A stretch of DNA of 64,000 nucleotides, taken from NCBI GenBank assembly GCA_030065825.1, contig JASJCY010000029.1:2548-66547 (forward strand), in the 5' to 3' direction. Every line of letters begins with the position of its first letter. The first letter of the stretch is position 1. The stretch comes from Nostocaceae cyanobacterium. GTDB lineage: Bacteria > Cyanobacteriota > Cyanobacteriia > Cyanobacteriales > Nostocaceae. The notes below the pieces were generated by a model. That model was given only the letters and a program-made list of their open reading frames with translations, ran no database searches and had not been told where the DNA came from. Shown here piece by piece: positions 20,936 to 31,734 of this stretch. Made by a program: the position numbers and the translations under genes.

Positions 20936-22290
20936 GTAGGTAAAGCCACAACTATAACCAAGGGAGTTTCAAAGGAGAATGACGATTATTCCTTCGACGG
21001 AATAGTTATTTGGGCAGTGAAAGCAAAACTATAGCCAAGGGAGTTTCAAAGGAGAATGACGATTATTCCTTCGACGGAATAGTTGTTCGGGTAGTAAAAG
21101 CAAAACCATAGCCAAGAGAGTTTCAAAGGAGAATGACGATTATTCCTTGGACGGAATAGTTATTTGGGCAGTGAAAGCAAAACTATAACCAAGGCAGTTT
21201 CAAAGGAAAGTGACGATTATTCTCTTAACGGAATAGTTATTTGGGCAGTGAAAGCAAAACTATAACCAAGTGAGTTTCAAAGGAGAGTGACGATTATTCC
21301 TTTGACGGAATAGTTGTTCGGGCAGTAAAAGCAAAACTATAACCAAGTGGGTTTCAAAGGAGAGTGACGATTATTCCTTTGACGGAATAGTTGTTCGGGC
21401 AGTAAAAGCAAAACTATAGCTAAGGGAGTTTCAAAGGAAAGTGACGATTATTCTCTCAACGGAATAGTTATTTGGGTAGTGAAAGCAAAACTATAGCCAA
21501 GGGAGTTTCAAAGGAAAGTGACGATTATTCTCTCAACGGAATAGTTATTTGGGCAGTAAAAGCAAAACTATAACCAAGGCATTTTCTTGGAGAATGACGA
21601 TTATTCTCTCAACGGAATAGTTATTTGGGTAGTGAAAGCAAAACTATAACCAAGGCAGTTTCAAAGGAAAGTGACGATTATTCCTTCGACGGAATAGTTA
21701 TTCGGGCAGTCAAAGCAAAACTATAACCAAGGGAGTTTCAAAGGAAAGTGACGATTATTCCTTTAACGGAATAGTTGTTCGGGCAGTAAAAGCAAAACTA
21801 TAACCAAGTGAGTTTCAAAGGAGAGTGACGATTATTCCTTCGACGGAATAGTTATTCGGGTAGTGAAAGCAAAACTATAGCCAAGGGAGTTTCAAAGGAA
21901 AGTGACGATTATTCTCTCAACGGAATAGTTATTCGGGTAGTGAAAGCAAAACCATAGCCAAGGGAGTTTCAAAGGAGTAACGATTATTCCTTTGACGGAA
22001 TAGTTATTCGGGCAGTAAAAGCAAAACCATAACCAAGGGACTTTCAAAGGAGTAACGATTATTCTCTTAACGGAATAGTTATTTGGGCAGTAAAAGCAAA
22101 ACCATAACCAAGGGACTTTCAAAGGAGTAACGATTATTCTCTCAACGGAATAGTTATTTGGGCAGTAAAAGCAAAACCATAACCAAGGCAGTTTCAAAGG
22201 AAAGTGAGGATTATTCTCTTAACGGAATAGTTATTTGGGCAGTGAAAGCAAAACTATAGCGAAGCGATTTTTTTGGGAAGTAAAACAATT
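20936..22290. repeat. 77-bp tandem satellite, ~17.5 copies (three 75-bp variants near the 3' end)
   Basis: The GAGTTTCAAAGG register recurs at 20964, 21041, 21118 and onward. The array fills the divergent intergenic region between 20845 (-) and 22431 (+). Confidence 0.95.
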
Positions 22291-22430
22291 CTCCATTACC
22301 CATTACCCATTACCCATTACCAATTACCCATTACCAATTACCCAAGAGCGAACTTATGGAAAAAATGACATCAAAACTAAAAAAAAATACAAAGTAAGGG
22401 AACACTGAAATTAACCCCAAGCCTGTTGAG

Positions 22431-23567
22431 GTGATGAGTATGGTGCTATATTTTTGCAAATCTGCCCGCGTATTAGTTGCTTCTAGCCTGCTGGGATTGG
22501 TAACCCTGCCAACTCTAGGTATACTAGGAATGGCACAAGATGCGATCGCTCAAGCAACTAATGAGGCACAAAAGCCATCAAAAATCTTGAATATCGATCC
22601 ATCAGAGTTAACTCCCTCCTATCCCGCTACCGCACCTCCAAAGCGTGTAGAACCCCTGCCCGATGAACGGGAAATGCAAGAAAATAACTTAGAAACCGAT
22701 TATCGAGTTAATGCCTTGCAGCCAGATTACACCGGTAATCTCTGGGTTGGTTCTTGGCGGGGATTGACACGAATCGATCCCAACACAGGAAAAATTATTA
22801 CTCGGGTAAATTTACCCAATCTTGCTATCGGTGCTTTGGCACAGGATAAAGTAGGACGTTTATGGGTAGGAACCTATGAAGGACTAAAACGAGTAGATCC
22901 CCGTAGTAACGAGATTACAGCTCAGAATTTATTTTTGCCTTCTAAAAGAGTATTATCTTTGTTGGTTGACAAAAGAGGTTACTTATGGGTAGGAACCGAT
23001 AACGGTTTAGCCTTAATTAGCCCAGACGAAGGGTTATTAATGACAACATTAAAAAAACTTCCCGGTGTCAGCGCCAACGCCCTAACTTTAGATGCAGAAG
23101 GTCAATTATGGGTAGGAACCCTAGATGGAGTCGTGCGAATCAACACCGCCAGCGCTTTAATCATGAAGCGGATTGATCAAATACCAGGGGCAACAGTGCA
23201 GGCTTTAGCCATCAGTCCAGAAGGGTTAATTTGGGCAGGAATGCCAAATAGTTTACTAGTTATTAACCCCAAAACTGGTGCAGTATTACGATCTGTCACA
23301 CCTCTGCGCGGACGGAACGTTAAATCCATTCGCTTTGCCCAAGATGGTAGTGTATGGGTAGGTACTCACAACGGTTTGCTAAGATTGAATCCACACACTG
23401 GTGCAGTATTAGATCGAGTTCCGGGTCTTCCTTCTAGTCGTGTTCTTGCCTTAGCCCCTGATGTCGGTAATAAATTATGGATTGGTACTACTGAAGGTCT
23501 AGCTTGGTTAATGCCCAAAATGGAACAAGCAAAACCCCATCTGGCTTTTACTCGCGCCGTTGAATGA
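22431..23567 (+). CDS. Secreted beta-propeller protein with two-component-regulator propeller (Reg_prop) repeats
   Basis: It has a signal-peptide-like N-terminus and about 7 repeats of the LWVGTxxGLxRI(D/N)P type. The GTG at 22431 or the ATG at 22434 could be the start. Confidence 0.7.
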   Translation: MMSMVLYFCKSARVLVASSLLGLVTLPTLGILGMAQDAIAQATNEAQKPSKILNIDPSELTPSYPATAPPKRVEPLPDEREMQENNLETDYRVNALQPDYTGNLWVGSWRGLTRIDPNTGKIITRVNLPNLAIGALAQDKVGRLWVGTYEGLKRVDPRSNEITAQNLFLPSKRVLSLLVDKRGYLWVGTDNGLALISPDEGLLMTTLKKLPGVSANALTLDAEGQLWVGTLDGVVRINTASALIMKRIDQIPGATVQALAISPEGLIWAGMPNSLLVINPKTGAVLRSVTPLRGRNVKSIRFAQDGSVWVGTHNGLLRLNPHTGAVLDRVPGLPSSRVLALAPDVGNKLWIGTTEGLAWLMPKMEQAKPHLAFTRAVE

Positions 23568-23700
23568 AGACATGGGAAGATGGGGAGATAGGGTGATAGG
23601 GTGATGGGGAGGAGAACTCACTACTAACTCCGCGCCTCCTGTAGGGGCACAACACTGCTGTGCCCCTACCAACTCCTAACTCCTAACTCCAAAATTGTAA

Positions 23701-24477
23701 ATGCCAGTCACCACTCACCAATTAATCCAATGGAAACAACAACAACGTCCAATTGTGGCGTTGACAGCCTGGAATTATGCGATCGCCCAACTTCTGGATA
23801 ACGCTGGTGTGGATTTAATCTTGGTGGGTGACTCCATGGCAGTAGTATTAGGATATAAAAATACACTTCCAGTTTCTTTGTCAGAAATGATTCACCACGC
23901 CAAAGCTGTGCGTCGTGGTGTTTCCAGAGCATTGATAGTAGTAGATTTACCATTCTTGACGTATCAAGAAAGTGTCAAACAAGCAATGCACTCCGCTGGA
24001 CGAGTATTGAAAGAAACCGGCGCTCAAGCAGTAAAATTAGAAGGTGGTTATCCCGCAATGGTAGAAACCGTTTCCCGTTTGGTGCAAGCTGGAATTCCAG
24101 TTATGGGTCATCTAGGTTTAACTCCCCAATCTATACACCAATTGGGTTTGCGTCAACAGGGAAAAACAGAATTAGATGCCCAGAGGATTCTAACTGAAGC
24201 GATCGCACTCCAACAAGCAGGAGCATTTTCTATAGTCCTAGAACATATTCCCCCTGACTTGGCATTACAAATTACTCAAAAGCTTAGTATTCCTACAATT
24301 GGTATTGGAGCTGGAAAACATTGTGATGGACAAATTTTAGTAACTTCTGATGTTTTGGGACTTTCAGAAAGACAGCCACCATTTGCCAAAGTTTATACAA
24401 ATCTGCGACAGACAATTACCAAAGCTGTAGAAGAATATGCAGCGGAAGTCAGGGAAAAGAAATTCCCAGAATCATGA
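23701..24477 (+). CDS. panB: 3-methyl-2-oxobutanoate hydroxymethyltransferase
   Basis: [32 protein letters not shown]...[10 protein letters not shown]...[14 protein letters not shown] are canonical PanB sequences. Confidence 0.93.
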   Translation: MPVTTHQLIQWKQQQRPIVALTAWNYAIAQLLDNAGVDLILVGDSMAVVLGYKNTLPVSLSEMIHHAKAVRRGVSRALIVVDLPFLTYQESVKQAMHSAGRVLKETGAQAVKLEGGYPAMVETVSRLVQAGIPVMGHLGLTPQSIHQLGLRQQGKTELDAQRILTEAIALQQAGAFSIVLEHIPPDLALQITQKLSIPTIGIGAGKHCDGQILVTSDVLGLSERQPPFAKVYTNLRQTITKAVEEYAAEVREKKFPES

Positions 24478-24552
24478 TATTCATTGGTAGTTCGCAATTA
24501 AAAGAAACCGGGTTTCTAATAACCACTTAGACACCAAGTACTTTCAAGTTCT

Positions 24553-25272
24553 ATGGTCCTACAAACTCACCCCGTTCAAATACAACCAAACGTCACTTGG
24601 GAAGCGCTTCCAGCAGACTTTGTTTTACCTGATGACCCAGTGGAAAACATTCAACAACCTCCCTTAGCTGCTGCACTTACCGATGCTTTAGGAGCAGCAA
24701 GGCTCATTCAAAATTATATGCTGATTGGCTCCAATTTTGGACTGGTAGCCACGGTAAATAAAAAAATAGTAGTCAAGGCACCAGACTGGTTTTATGTGCC
24801 TCAAGTGCAGCCTGTAGCAGCGGAGATCGTTCGTCGTAGTTATACACCAAACCTAGAAGGTGAACCAGTGGCTGTGGTGATGGAATTTCTCTCGGATACG
24901 GAGGGGGGAGAACTATCAGTCCGTTCAACTCCACCCTATGGTAAATTATATTTTTATGAACGAATTCTGCAAGTTCCTACCTACGTAACTTACGACCCTT
25001 ATGAAGCAATCATAGAAGTACGCTGTTTGCAAAATGGACAATATATATTGCAGCAAGCAGATACTAATGGGCGTTTTTGGATTCCTGAATTAGAGCTATT
25101 TTTGGGAATTTGGCAAGGTGAAAGACTCTGTCAAACCATGAACTGGTTGCGGTGGTGGGATAAACAAGGCAATTTATTGTTGTGGAGTAGCGAACAAGCA
25201 GAAATTGAACGTCAACGTGCGGAACGTTTAGCGCAAAAGTTAAGGGAAATGGGAATCAATCCAGATGATTGA
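24553..25272 (+). CDS. Uma2-family (DUF820) putative endonuclease
   Basis: Core segments such as KAPDWFYVP and VVMEFLS resemble the Uma2 (DUF820) family. The coiled C-terminal tail (ERQRAERLAQKLREMGINPDD) is typical of cyanobacterial Uma2 proteins. Confidence 0.7.
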   Translation: MVLQTHPVQIQPNVTWEALPADFVLPDDPVENIQQPPLAAALTDALGAARLIQNYMLIGSNFGLVATVNKKIVVKAPDWFYVPQVQPVAAEIVRRSYTPNLEGEPVAVVMEFLSDTEGGELSVRSTPPYGKLYFYERILQVPTYVTYDPYEAIIEVRCLQNGQYILQQADTNGRFWIPELELFLGIWQGERLCQTMNWLRWWDKQGNLLLWSSEQAEIERQRAERLAQKLREMGINPDD

Positions 25273-25713
25273 CCTACCAAAGTTATTAACGAAAACCAAG
25301 TTATTGTTTTGGAAGATTTGAATGTGTCGGGATTGGTTAAAAACCGTAAACTAGCTAGGGCAATTAGCCTACTAGGCTGGAGAGAGTTTAGAACGCTTTG
25401 TGAAGCTAAATCCGAGAAATTTAATCGAGATTTTCGGGTAATAAACCGATGGGAACCCACCAGTCAAATTTGTTCTGAATGTGGATACAAATGGGGCAAG
25501 CTCGATTTAAAAGTTCGGTCGGTTCGATGTATGAATTGTGGCGTTGAACACGACCGAGACGAGAATGCAGCAAAAAATATAAACTTTGTCGGGATAGGGC
25601 ATTGCCACGACTTTAAATGGGCGCAGAGACAGAGTAAGACTACTATCGCCAGTGGCGACGCTGCGCGAACGGTAGCATCAGTCAACGAAGCGTCAAGAAT
25701 CACCGTGGCTTAA
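25273..25713 (+). pseudogene. Orphan C-terminal fragment of an IS200/IS605-family TnpB (RuvC-II / Zn-ribbon / RuvC-III) with retained right-end hairpin
   Basis: The translation reads ...NENQVIVLEDLNVSGLVKN...CSECGYKWGKLDLKVRSVRCMNCGVEHDRDENAAKNI and begins directly after the Uma2 stop codon. There is no N-terminal half and no tnpA. The RE-like hairpin GAATCACCGTGGCTTAAGCCCGGTGAGTATGTCAAGG lies at ~25698-25735. Confidence 0.8.
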
Positions 25714-26018
25714 GCCCGGTGAGTATGTCAAGGAACTATTAAGATTTGGCGGATACCTCCGTAGGGGTAAAGCGCATTGCTAAACCTCTACAAAACTCCT
25801 ACAAACAAAACCCCTACAAACAAAACCCCTACAAAACCCATACCCCGCAAGGAAATTAATTTCCTTGCTTATAAACGAAGTCATCTAAAAGATGACTAAC
25901 TAACCTAGGTTTTCTTCAGTCTACTTCAGTAGACTTTGTCTATTAGCCCAGAACTTTAGTTCAGGGTGGGTGAGAAAGCTAACAGATAATCAAAAATCAC
26001 AGGTTCATCGTCAAGATT

Positions 26019-26187
26019 TTTTTCAATTAGCAAAAAAAGCCTTTTCCTCATCAAAACGTCAATAAACTGACATTTTTATCCATCTCCGGACAATGAGATA
26101 TTAGTAGTTACAGCCCACGATTTTGTGCTAAGATAGAGAAGTCATGGGTTTACTCTGCGATTTTTTTTGTGATAATTTCTTGACATT
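26019..26187 (+). repeat. Copy A of the promoter-bearing ~170-bp dispersed repeat family
   Basis: Hairpin ATCTC-N8-GAGAT, then GTTACA-N16-TAAGAT, then ...GGGTTTACTCTGCGATTTTTTTTGTGATAATTTCTTGACA. Confidence 0.75.
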
Positions 26188-26238
26188 TTGAGAGAGTGCG
26201 TTACACCTTGATAGAGAATACTCTCCGTTACAATTTCT

Positions 26239-27036
26239 TTAGTGCAAACTCTCAGGATCTAAACCTAAAGCACGCAACCTTTCCGCGAACAGTTGTGCTC
26301 GTTGTTCAGCTTGCTGCGCTCTTTGTTCTGCCATGTCAGCTCGTTGAGATTCCTGTTGTGCCCGTTGTGCTTCCTGTTGTGCCCGTTGTGCTTCCTGTTG
26401 TGCCCGTTGGGTTTCCTGCTGAATCTGTTCTTTGGGAGTAGGATATCGCATTCCTGACTCGTCATACCAATACAACCATTCCCGAGTCACCCCGGAATAA
26501 TTACCCCTTTCACAACCAATTCCCAAGCCAATTTCTGGCAACCAAACTGGATTTCCTGACTGCAATTCATACTTCCCATTCACCAACTTATGTATTTCCA
26601 AACGAGGCTTACGGCGACGACGGGAAGAATAAATAACATAATAAAGTACACCTAAAGCTGCATATTCTTCTAATTTAGTGCTGTATTCCTTACGATAGGT
26701 GGAGGAAACTACCTCCAGCACCAAAATCGGTATGACATTTTCATCCCACAACACATAACTGGGACGCAATTCCTCATCATAAAACCGTTCGACCCCCAAG
26801 CTGAGAAAACCATCCGGCACAATGGGAGGTTTATCTGGATGATAATAAATACCCATATCCACCCCAAAGAACCAGTCCATGCGCTCTGACCAAAGTATCA
26901 GTAATATTGCTTTGAGCAACCCTGGTATTAATTCTTGTAGTTCATTATCCACAGGTGTTTCATCAGAGTCTGGTAGTTCTTCGGCAGAAGGCAAATACCT
27001 CGGTAAATCGTACTCTAACATGGCTGGTTTCCCCAA
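26239..27036 (-). CDS. Uma2-family (DUF820) putative endonuclease with a Gln/Ala/Glu/Arg-repeat C-terminal tail
   Basis: The N-terminus reads LPSAEELPDSDETPVDNELQ. Core segments include VPDGFLSLGV and VLEVVS. The tail reads QQEAQRAQQEAQRAQQ...LRALGLDPESL. Confidence 0.7.
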   Translation of the reverse strand: MGKPAMLEYDLPRYLPSAEELPDSDETPVDNELQELIPGLLKAILLILWSERMDWFFGVDMGIYYHPDKPPIVPDGFLSLGVERFYDEELRPSYVLWDENVIPILVLEVVSSTYRKEYSTKLEEYAALGVLYYVIYSSRRRRKPRLEIHKLVNGKYELQSGNPVWLPEIGLGIGCERGNYSGVTREWLYWYDESGMRYPTPKEQIQQETQRAQQEAQRAQQEAQRAQQESQRADMAEQRAQQAEQRAQLFAERLRALGLDPESLH

Positions 27037-27491
27037 ATCTCAGGAAAATTATAACGATTTACAGCTAGAGATAGGTAATCTCAGTAGATCGCAAAGTTTT
27101 TTAGAGCCCTTGCCACATGGACATTTCGGCGAAACACTCCTATAGCAAGAAAGTTGCTATTAAGTAGGTCGGTACAAATAAAGCGAAGCAGTTAGGGTCA
27201 TCATTTGTCATTGGTCATTGGTCATTGGTAAAGGTTTCAGGGCTATATTTACGTTTCGTAACATAGTTATATTTATTTCCGCCGATTTACTTAATCAGCG
27301 TTTCAGCCGATACCGTTAGTTGTCTTCAAGCGATGTCTGGCGACAAGCCGCTCCACGTCTACACTCTTAAACCAATGCTGAATACTCCTTGTTCGCGGTG
27401 GCTGAAACCCTTATTTCTAGGTCAGTTCAGGAAAGTTTGTGATCTACTGAATCTTAGAGCAGGATAGGAGTAATTGAACTGGCAGGTTTAT

Positions 27492-27669
27492 TATCAAGAT
27501 TTGTTGAGCCAGCAAAAAAAGCCTTTCTGTTGTCAAGATAGTAAATGACTGATAAATTTTCCTATCCTCAGGCAAGGATATTTCAGCAGTTACAGCGCCG
27601 CGATTTCCTGCTATAATGTAGAAGTCTTTGGTTTACCCTGCGATTTTTTTTATGATGATTTCTTGACAA
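27492..27669 (+). repeat. Copy B of the promoter-bearing dispersed repeat family
   Basis: Hairpin TATCCT-N6-AGGATA, then GTTACA-N17-TATAAT (27612-27617), then GGTTTACCCTGCGATTTTTTTTATGATGATTTCTTGACA. Confidence 0.8.
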
Positions 27670-27900
27670 AATAGTAAGGTGAGTTAGAGGGTGTTTATAA
27701 AAAAATATAAAACTCTCCTGTCCAAAAACCGGGTTTCTTTTGGTATACATACTCAAATTCTCGCTTCTCCACCTATAGAAACCTGGTTTCTTTGATAAAC
27801 ACGCTCTTAGATGCTTTGATTGTATTTTTAGGGAAAAATTATCTTCAAAGTTCACCTTTAACATGCCCTAGTAGATGCACTGACAGATGCTTTTGGCAGG

Positions 27901-28082
27901 TTGATTGTAAAAATTTGTAAAGCTAATAAAAAAGTATTTTTGTCCTTAAAATAGCTAATGATTGATAAATTTTCTCGTCTTCGGACAACGAGATTTTAGG
28001 GCTTATAGTGCTGTATTTTGGTGGTATAGTAGAAACGTTGTAGGTTTACCCTGGAATTTTTTTTGTCATGATTTTTTGACAT
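27901..28082 (+). repeat. Copy C of the promoter-bearing dispersed repeat family
   Basis: Hairpin TCTCGT-N9-ACGAGA, then CTTATA-N17-TATAGT, then GGTTTACCCTGGAATTTTTTTTGTCATGATTTTTTGACA. Confidence 0.75.
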
Positions 28083-28395
28083 GGTAAATATTGTAATTTG
28101 ATAAACCTGGTTTTTCCATGGTTGTCCTTGAATGTTGCAAGACATACCCATTACTAATTACTAATTACCAATTACCAATTACCAATTACCCAGTTTGTAG
28201 TTTATATTTACCCCGTGAGTGTCGCAATCCTGTTATGTTCAAATATGGAAGACTGCTTCCCCTGGCGCTCTCATGCCATTAACCAGAGGTGTGGCTGTAC
28301 TGGATATGGAAAAATAATGCTTGTTTAATGGGTACAGATAAACCTTAAACTTAATAGTCCACCGACCACATAAGCTCTAACTGAAAAAAGCAATC

Positions 28396-29976
28396 ATGTC
28401 TAAGGTTCTCGTCTCCGATCCAATTGACCAGGCTGGGATTGATATTTTATCTCAAGTCGCCACCGTTGATGTCAAAACAGGACTCAAAAGTGAAGAATTA
28501 GTTAAAATCATTAGTGATTATGACGCGCTGATGATTCGTTCTGGTACTCGGGTTACAGAAGAAATTATTGCCGCTGGCACGAATCTGAAAATTATTGGTC
28601 GTGCTGGCGTGGGTGTGGACAATGTGGATGTTCCTGCTGCTACTCGTCAAGGGATTGTGGTAGTAAATTCTCCCCAAGGGAATACCATAGCCGCTGCTGA
28701 ACATGCCCTGGCAATGATGTTGTCTTTGTCCCGTTATATCCCTGATGCTAATGCTTCCGTCAAAAGTGGTGGCTGGGATCGCAAAAGTTATGTTGGGGCA
28801 GAAATTTACAAGAAAACCATCGGCATCGTCGGCTTGGGTAAAATTGGTTCCCATGTGGCTAAAGTTGCCAAAGCTATGGGAATGAAATTGCTAGCAACCG
28901 ATCCTTTTATTTCCGCAGAACGTGCCGAACAGATTGGCTGTCAATTGGTAGATTTAGATGTCCTACTGCAACAATCAGACTATATCAGCCTACATATTCC
29001 TAAAACCCCAGAATCTACCCATTTAATCAATGCCGAAAGATTGGCAAAGATGAAACCCAATGCCCGGATTATTAACTGCGCTAGGGGTGGGATTATTGAT
29101 GAGGACGCTTTGGCTGCTGCCCTCAAGGAAGGTAAAATTGCTGGTGCAGCTTTAGATGTGTTTGAGTCTGAACCCCTAGAAGAATCCTCTTTAAAGTCCT
29201 TGGGTAAAGAAGTTATTCTCACACCTCATCTTGGTGCATCGACTACAGAAGCACAGGTTAATGTGGCAATTGATGTTGCAGAACAAATTCGGGATGTATT
29301 ATTGGGATTACCTGCACGTTCAGCGGTGAATATTCCCGGACTTAGTCCCGATGTCCTGGAAGAACTCAAACCTTACATGCAGTTGGCGGAAACCTTGGGT
29401 AACCTAGTAGGACAGTTAGCTGGTGGTAGGGTAGAATTGCTTAACGTCAGCTTACAAGGGGAACTAGCAACTAACAAGAGTCAACCTTTGGTGATTGCCT
29501 CCCTTAAAGGTCTACTTTACCAAGCATTGCGAGAAAGGGTAAATTACGTCAATGCTAGCATCGAAGCCAAAGAACGGGGCATTCGCGTTATTGAAACTCG
29601 TGATGCTGGAGTCAAAGACTATGCTGGTTCCTTGCATCTAGAAGCCACAGGTAATTTGGGTACTCACTCCGTAACTGGTGCTTTATTAGGTGATGGTGAA
29701 ATTCGAGTTACCAATATTGATGGTTTCCCCATCAATGTACCTCCCAGCAAGCATATGCTATTTACCCTCCACCGCGATATGCCGGGAATTATTGGTAAAA
29801 TTGGTTCCCTTTTGGGTAGCTTTAATGTCAATATTGCCAGTATGCAGGTGGGACGTAAAATTGTCCGTGGTGAAGCGGTGATGGTTCTGAGTTTGGATGA
29901 TCCCTTACCAGAAGGAATTCTAGAGGAGATTACCAAAGAACCTGGAATCCGTGATGCCTACACCGTAACACTGTAA
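28396..29976 (+). CDS. serA: D-3-phosphoglycerate dehydrogenase (long form with ASB and ACT domains)
   Basis: 526 aa with the NAD-binding motif GIVGLGKIGSHVA, the catalytic region CARGGIIDE...TPHLGAST and a C-terminal ACT-like domain. Confidence 0.93.
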   Translation: MSKVLVSDPIDQAGIDILSQVATVDVKTGLKSEELVKIISDYDALMIRSGTRVTEEIIAAGTNLKIIGRAGVGVDNVDVPAATRQGIVVVNSPQGNTIAAAEHALAMMLSLSRYIPDANASVKSGGWDRKSYVGAEIYKKTIGIVGLGKIGSHVAKVAKAMGMKLLATDPFISAERAEQIGCQLVDLDVLLQQSDYISLHIPKTPESTHLINAERLAKMKPNARIINCARGGIIDEDALAAALKEGKIAGAALDVFESEPLEESSLKSLGKEVILTPHLGASTTEAQVNVAIDVAEQIRDVLLGLPARSAVNIPGLSPDVLEELKPYMQLAETLGNLVGQLAGGRVELLNVSLQGELATNKSQPLVIASLKGLLYQALRERVNYVNASIEAKERGIRVIETRDAGVKDYAGSLHLEATGNLGTHSVTGALLGDGEIRVTNIDGFPINVPPSKHMLFTLHRDMPGIIGKIGSLLGSFNVNIASMQVGRKIVRGEAVMVLSLDDPLPEGILEEITKEPGIRDAYTVTL

Positions 29977-30285
29977 AACAGTTTGAACTCCCTTCGGGAG
30001 AGGGAGGGGGGAACAGGCAAAAGTGGAATTTTTTTGTCAGATACAAAATTTGTTGGTTGTTCTCCCCTCTCCCCAATCCATGGGTTCACATCCCCCACCA
30101 TACTCATCCGCTGTTCCCTGCTGTCTGTTCCCTTTTACTTTTGGATTTGGGAGCGGAAAGTGAGAAATTGGTAATTGGGGATGGAGATTTTTTCTACTCT
30201 TTAATTCCCAGTACCCGTCCTTGACTCTCCAATCTCCAATCTCCAATCTCCAATCTCAAATCTCAAATCTCAAATCTCAAATCCT

Positions 30286-31197
30286 ATGGCAAACACCTGG
30301 TGGGAATTACAAATTATTTGTCAGCCAGAACAAGAAGATTCTATCTTTTGGCGGTTGGAAAATTTTGGCTGTCGTGGTACTGCTAGTGAGAATAAGGACA
30401 ATTACTGTCTAATTAGGGGTTACCTCCCGAAAATCAAAGCAGAAATGCTCGATTTGTCTGCACTGTCCCTGTGGCTACGTCAAGATGCTCTGAGTTTAGG
30501 ATTATCTGAGCCTACCATGCATTGGCAGTTAATTGATGAGGAAGATTGGGCAAGTAGCTGGAAGGAATATTGGCAACCCCAGGAAATTGGCGATCGCTTC
30601 CTCGTCAACCCCGCATGGCTACCAATGCCAAAAGATTCTTCAAGGCTCGTCATTCGTCTAGACCCAGGTGTTGCATTTGGCACAGGAAACCATGCTACTA
30701 CTCAGTTGTGTTTGGAATCGCTGGAAATGCGTTTCAGCAGTAATCCTTTCCTGCAAGAGCCAGAAAATAAACATGTGGTAATTGCTGATATTGGCTGTGG
30801 TTCTGGTATACTTTCTATTGGGGCATTGCTTTTAGGAGCAAAGAAGGTTTATGCTGTAGACACAGATCCGTTAGCAATCAAATCTACTGCTGAAAACTCT
30901 GCTCTCAATCAGATTAATCCCGAAAGTTTAGTAGTAGCTGAGGGGAGTGTAGAGGTTGTAGAACAGCTAATATCCGAACCTGTGGATGGTATAGTCTGTA
31001 ATATTTTGGCACATGTGATTATTGATTTAGTTCCAAAAATGAGTGCGATCGCGAAATCAACTACTTGGGCTATTTTCAGTGGTGTTTTAACTGAACAATC
31101 CAAAGAAGTTATCGATGTTTTAGAACAACATGGTTGGGTAGTTGCAACCCTCTGGAAACGCCAAGAATGGTGTTGCTTAAATGTTAGGCGTTCTTAG
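30286..31197 (+). CDS. prmA: Ribosomal protein L11 methyltransferase
   Basis: WWELQI..., [19 protein letters not shown], and the SAM motif [14 protein letters not shown] are canonical PrmA sequences. Confidence 0.9.
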   Translation: MANTWWELQIICQPEQEDSIFWRLENFGCRGTASENKDNYCLIRGYLPKIKAEMLDLSALSLWLRQDALSLGLSEPTMHWQLIDEEDWASSWKEYWQPQEIGDRFLVNPAWLPMPKDSSRLVIRLDPGVAFGTGNHATTQLCLESLEMRFSSNPFLQEPENKHVVIADIGCGSGILSIGALLLGAKKVYAVDTDPLAIKSTAENSALNQINPESLVVAEGSVEVVEQLISEPVDGIVCNILAHVIIDLVPKMSAIAKSTTWAIFSGVLTEQSKEVIDVLEQHGWVVATLWKRQEWCCLNVRRS

Positions 31198-31254
31198 TGT
31201 GTTCGTGTTACAAATCTTAACACTAAGACACTAAGACACGAAGAAGAGAAATAT

Positions 31255-31572
31255 TTAAATTACAGATTGTAAATATTGTACTAAGTCTTTAGCTTTCAAT
31301 GCTCCCTCGATTCGATCTACTTGCTGACCTTGTTTGAATAATACAATGGTTGGGAGGGCGTTGATTTGGTATTTACTTGCTAATTCAGTATATTTTTCGG
31401 TGTCAATTTTGACAATTTGTATCTGACCTTGCATTTGTGCGTTTACCTTTTCTAATTCTCGCGCCATAATTTGACAAGGACCGCACCAGTCAGCATAAAA
31501 ATCTACTAGTACAGGGACATCGGAAGCAGATAGCATTTCTTCAAAGCTGTTAAATTGCTTTTTAGTAGCCAT
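31255..31572 (-). CDS. Thioredoxin
   Basis: It has the WCGPC active site and thioredoxin length when started at MATKKQF (31572). An alternative upstream ATG at 31608 adds 12 aa. Confidence 0.9.
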   Translation of the reverse strand: MATKKQFNSFEEMLSASDVPVLVDFYADWCGPCQIMARELEKVNAQMQGQIQIVKIDTEKYTELASKYQINALPTIVLFKQGQQVDRIEGALKAKDLVQYLQSVI

Positions 31573-31734
31573 ATAATACCTACCATTATTTTGATTGTTT
31601 GATTTCAATAGTAGTTGTTGTAACTAAAAATGGCTGTAACATCATTTTTTTTTAATGGAAGGAAGCCATTGAAATTTCAGATTTGACTGGATTTGACTGG
31701 GAAACTCCAAGAACAAGCATTTTAGAGTTGTAGT

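Noticed and set aside
20936-22290. Possible CRISPR array (regular long repeats), and the 101-aa ORF at 21892-22197
   Set aside because: The whole 77-bp unit repeats with no unique spacers, and no cas genes are nearby. The ORF exists only where three 75-bp units keep a frame open, so it is a periodic artefact.
26075-26095. TCCGGA (heterocyst DIF-type -35 motif) inside repeat copy A, suggesting NsiR1-like heterocyst sRNA repeats
   Set aside because: The motif is ~39 nt from the -10-like box, which is too far for a -35 element. It is not conserved in the other five copies, where it forms part of the variable hairpin loop.
27583-27864. 93-aa minus-strand ORF
   Set aside because: It lies across repeat copy B and an adjacent MITE-like core. 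It has no coding signature.
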